Shown: piece by piece, positions 63,080-64,000 of the stretch | Layout: the number at the start of each line of letters is the position of its first letter | Numbering within the stretch: position 1 is the stretch's first letter | Assembly (NCBI GenBank): GCA_029210645.1 | Contig: JARGFT010000002.1 | Location: 40,016-104,015, forward strand | Direction: 5' to 3' | Origin: Anaerosomatales bacterium | GTDB taxonomy: Bacteria; Actinomycetota; Coriobacteriia; Anaerosomatales; SLCP01 | DNA length: 64,000 nt | Position numbers and translations under genes: made by a program | The notes under the pieces: model-generated | The model's input: the letters and a program-made list of their open reading frames with translations, nothing else | Database searches by the model: none | What the model was told of the DNA's origin: nothing

Positions 63080-64000
63080 TTACGAGATGGCCTCGCGCAC
63101 CGAGGTGATGAGGTCGTCGACGTCCTCAGGCTGGGTGTCCCACGAGGTCACCAGCCGCACCTCGCCGCGGGCCGTGTCCCACGTGTAGAAGCCGAACCGC
63201 TCCGCCAGCGTCTGCGTGCAATCGGCGGGCAGGAGCGCGAAGACCTCGTTGGCCTGAACGGGCTGCGTGACCTCCACCCCCAACGTCCCCAACCCCTCGG
63301 CGATCCGCGCGGCCATCGCATTCGCATGGGCGGCGGTCTCGAGCCAGAGCCCGTCGGCGAGCATCGCGCTGAACTGCGCGGCGACGAAGCGCATCTTGCT
63401 GGCGAGCTGTCCGCACTGCTTGCGCACGAATGCCAGCGTGTCCGCGGGCGCGCCGTGGACGAGCACGACCGCTTCCCCGAGCAGCATCCCGTTCTTGGTG
63501 CCGCCGAACGAGAGCGCATCGACTCCGCCGTCTTCGAGCATCCCGGCAGGGGTGCAGCCGAGGTGGACGACGGCGTTCGCGAACCGTGCCCCGTCGACGT
63601 GCAGGAGCATTCCGTGAGCGTGTGCCAGGTCGGCCAGATCACGCAGTTCGGCGACCGAGTAGACCGTGCCGTACTCGCTGGCCTGCGACACCGAGATCAC
63701 GCGCGGCTGGGCGTGGTGCTGGAACCCGAATCCGGTGAGGTGAGGGCGCACGAGCTCGGGCGTCAGCTTCCCGTCGGGCGTGGCGATCGGCACGAGCTTC
63801 ACTCCTGCGATCCGTTCGGGCGCCGCGCACTCGTCGACGTTGATGTGCGCCGTCTCGGCGCAGATGACCGACTCCCACGGGCGGCAGATCGTGGCAAGCG
63901 TGACGACGTTGGCGCCGGTCCCGTTGAAAGTGAACGCCACGTCGATGTCGTCGCCGAGGACCGCGCGGAGATGACCGATCGCCTCCGCCGTCCAGGGGTC
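63080..64000 (-). CDS. ltaE: low-specificity L-threonine aldolase; 5' end beyond the window
   Basis: The reading frame stays open to the window edge (DPWTAEAIGHLRAVLGDDIDVAFTFNGTGANV...). GGTKNGM carries the PLP lysine. Confidence 0.85.
   Translation of the reverse strand, partial: DPWTAEAIGHLRAVLGDDIDVAFTFNGTGANVVTLATICRPWESVICAETAHINVDECAAPERIAGVKLVPIATPDGKLTPELVRPHLTGFGFQHHAQPRVISVSQASEYGTVYSVAELRDLADLAHAHGMLLHVDGARFANAVVHLGCTPAGMLEDGGVDALSFGGTKNGMLLGEAVVLVHGAPADTLAFVRKQCGQLASKMRFVAAQFSAMLADGLWLETAAHANAMAARIAEGLGTLGVEVTQPVQANEVFALLPADCTQTLAERFGFYTWDTARGEVRLVTSWDTQPEDVDDLITSVREAIS

Overview
GC-rich chromosomal segment. Housekeeping synteny (pyk, eno, mazG, mfd; eno-ftsB-DUF501-ppx) looks like Actinomycetota. 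The accessory content (selenocysteine, tungstate uptake, flavodiiron protein, multihaem cytochromes) suggests an anaerobe; this taxonomic reading is inference only. I support about 65 genes, 2 tRNAs and several cis-elements.

Main result: everything from position 1 to about 25.9 kb lies on the minus strand and forms one functionally coherent block. In transcription order it contains:
- Mop, then a Moco/Tuco-type riboswitch, then tungstate transporter TupABC.
- A molybdopterin-cofactor operon: MobA-FdhD fusion, MoeA, MobB, MoaA, MoaC, MOSC, MogA/MoaB, cysteine desulfurase, DUF3343.
- Cytochrome b plus three multihaem c-type cytochromes with 7, 13 and 20 haem motifs, then a TPR protein and an NHL beta-propeller protein.
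- A second Moco-type riboswitch, then a Tat-exported, selenocysteine-containing FDH-N-like molybdo/tungstopterin enzyme with its FeS subunit. In place of the usual cytochrome b partner it has a hexahaem cytochrome c, a roughly 14-TM membrane protein and a small lipoprotein.

A palindrome (yGTAAC-N4-GTTACA) sits upstream of three of these operons.

The window also holds the complete Sec-decoding set: selD (itself recoded at UGA), a YedF-like gene, selA, selB and tRNA-Sec. The ORF track splits or truncates two selenoprotein genes at in-frame TGA codons; both are repaired here and have SECIS-like hairpins.

The remainder is ordinary: Fur-CbiMQO, FprA, polyprenyl synthase, FetAB, photolyase, a B12-binding/TPR/glycosidase operon, tRNA-Leu, glycolysis and repair genes. 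I saw no CRISPR array, IS element, integrase or recognisable defence system. Many long ORFs in the track are antisense or out-of-frame shadows typical of high-GC DNA.
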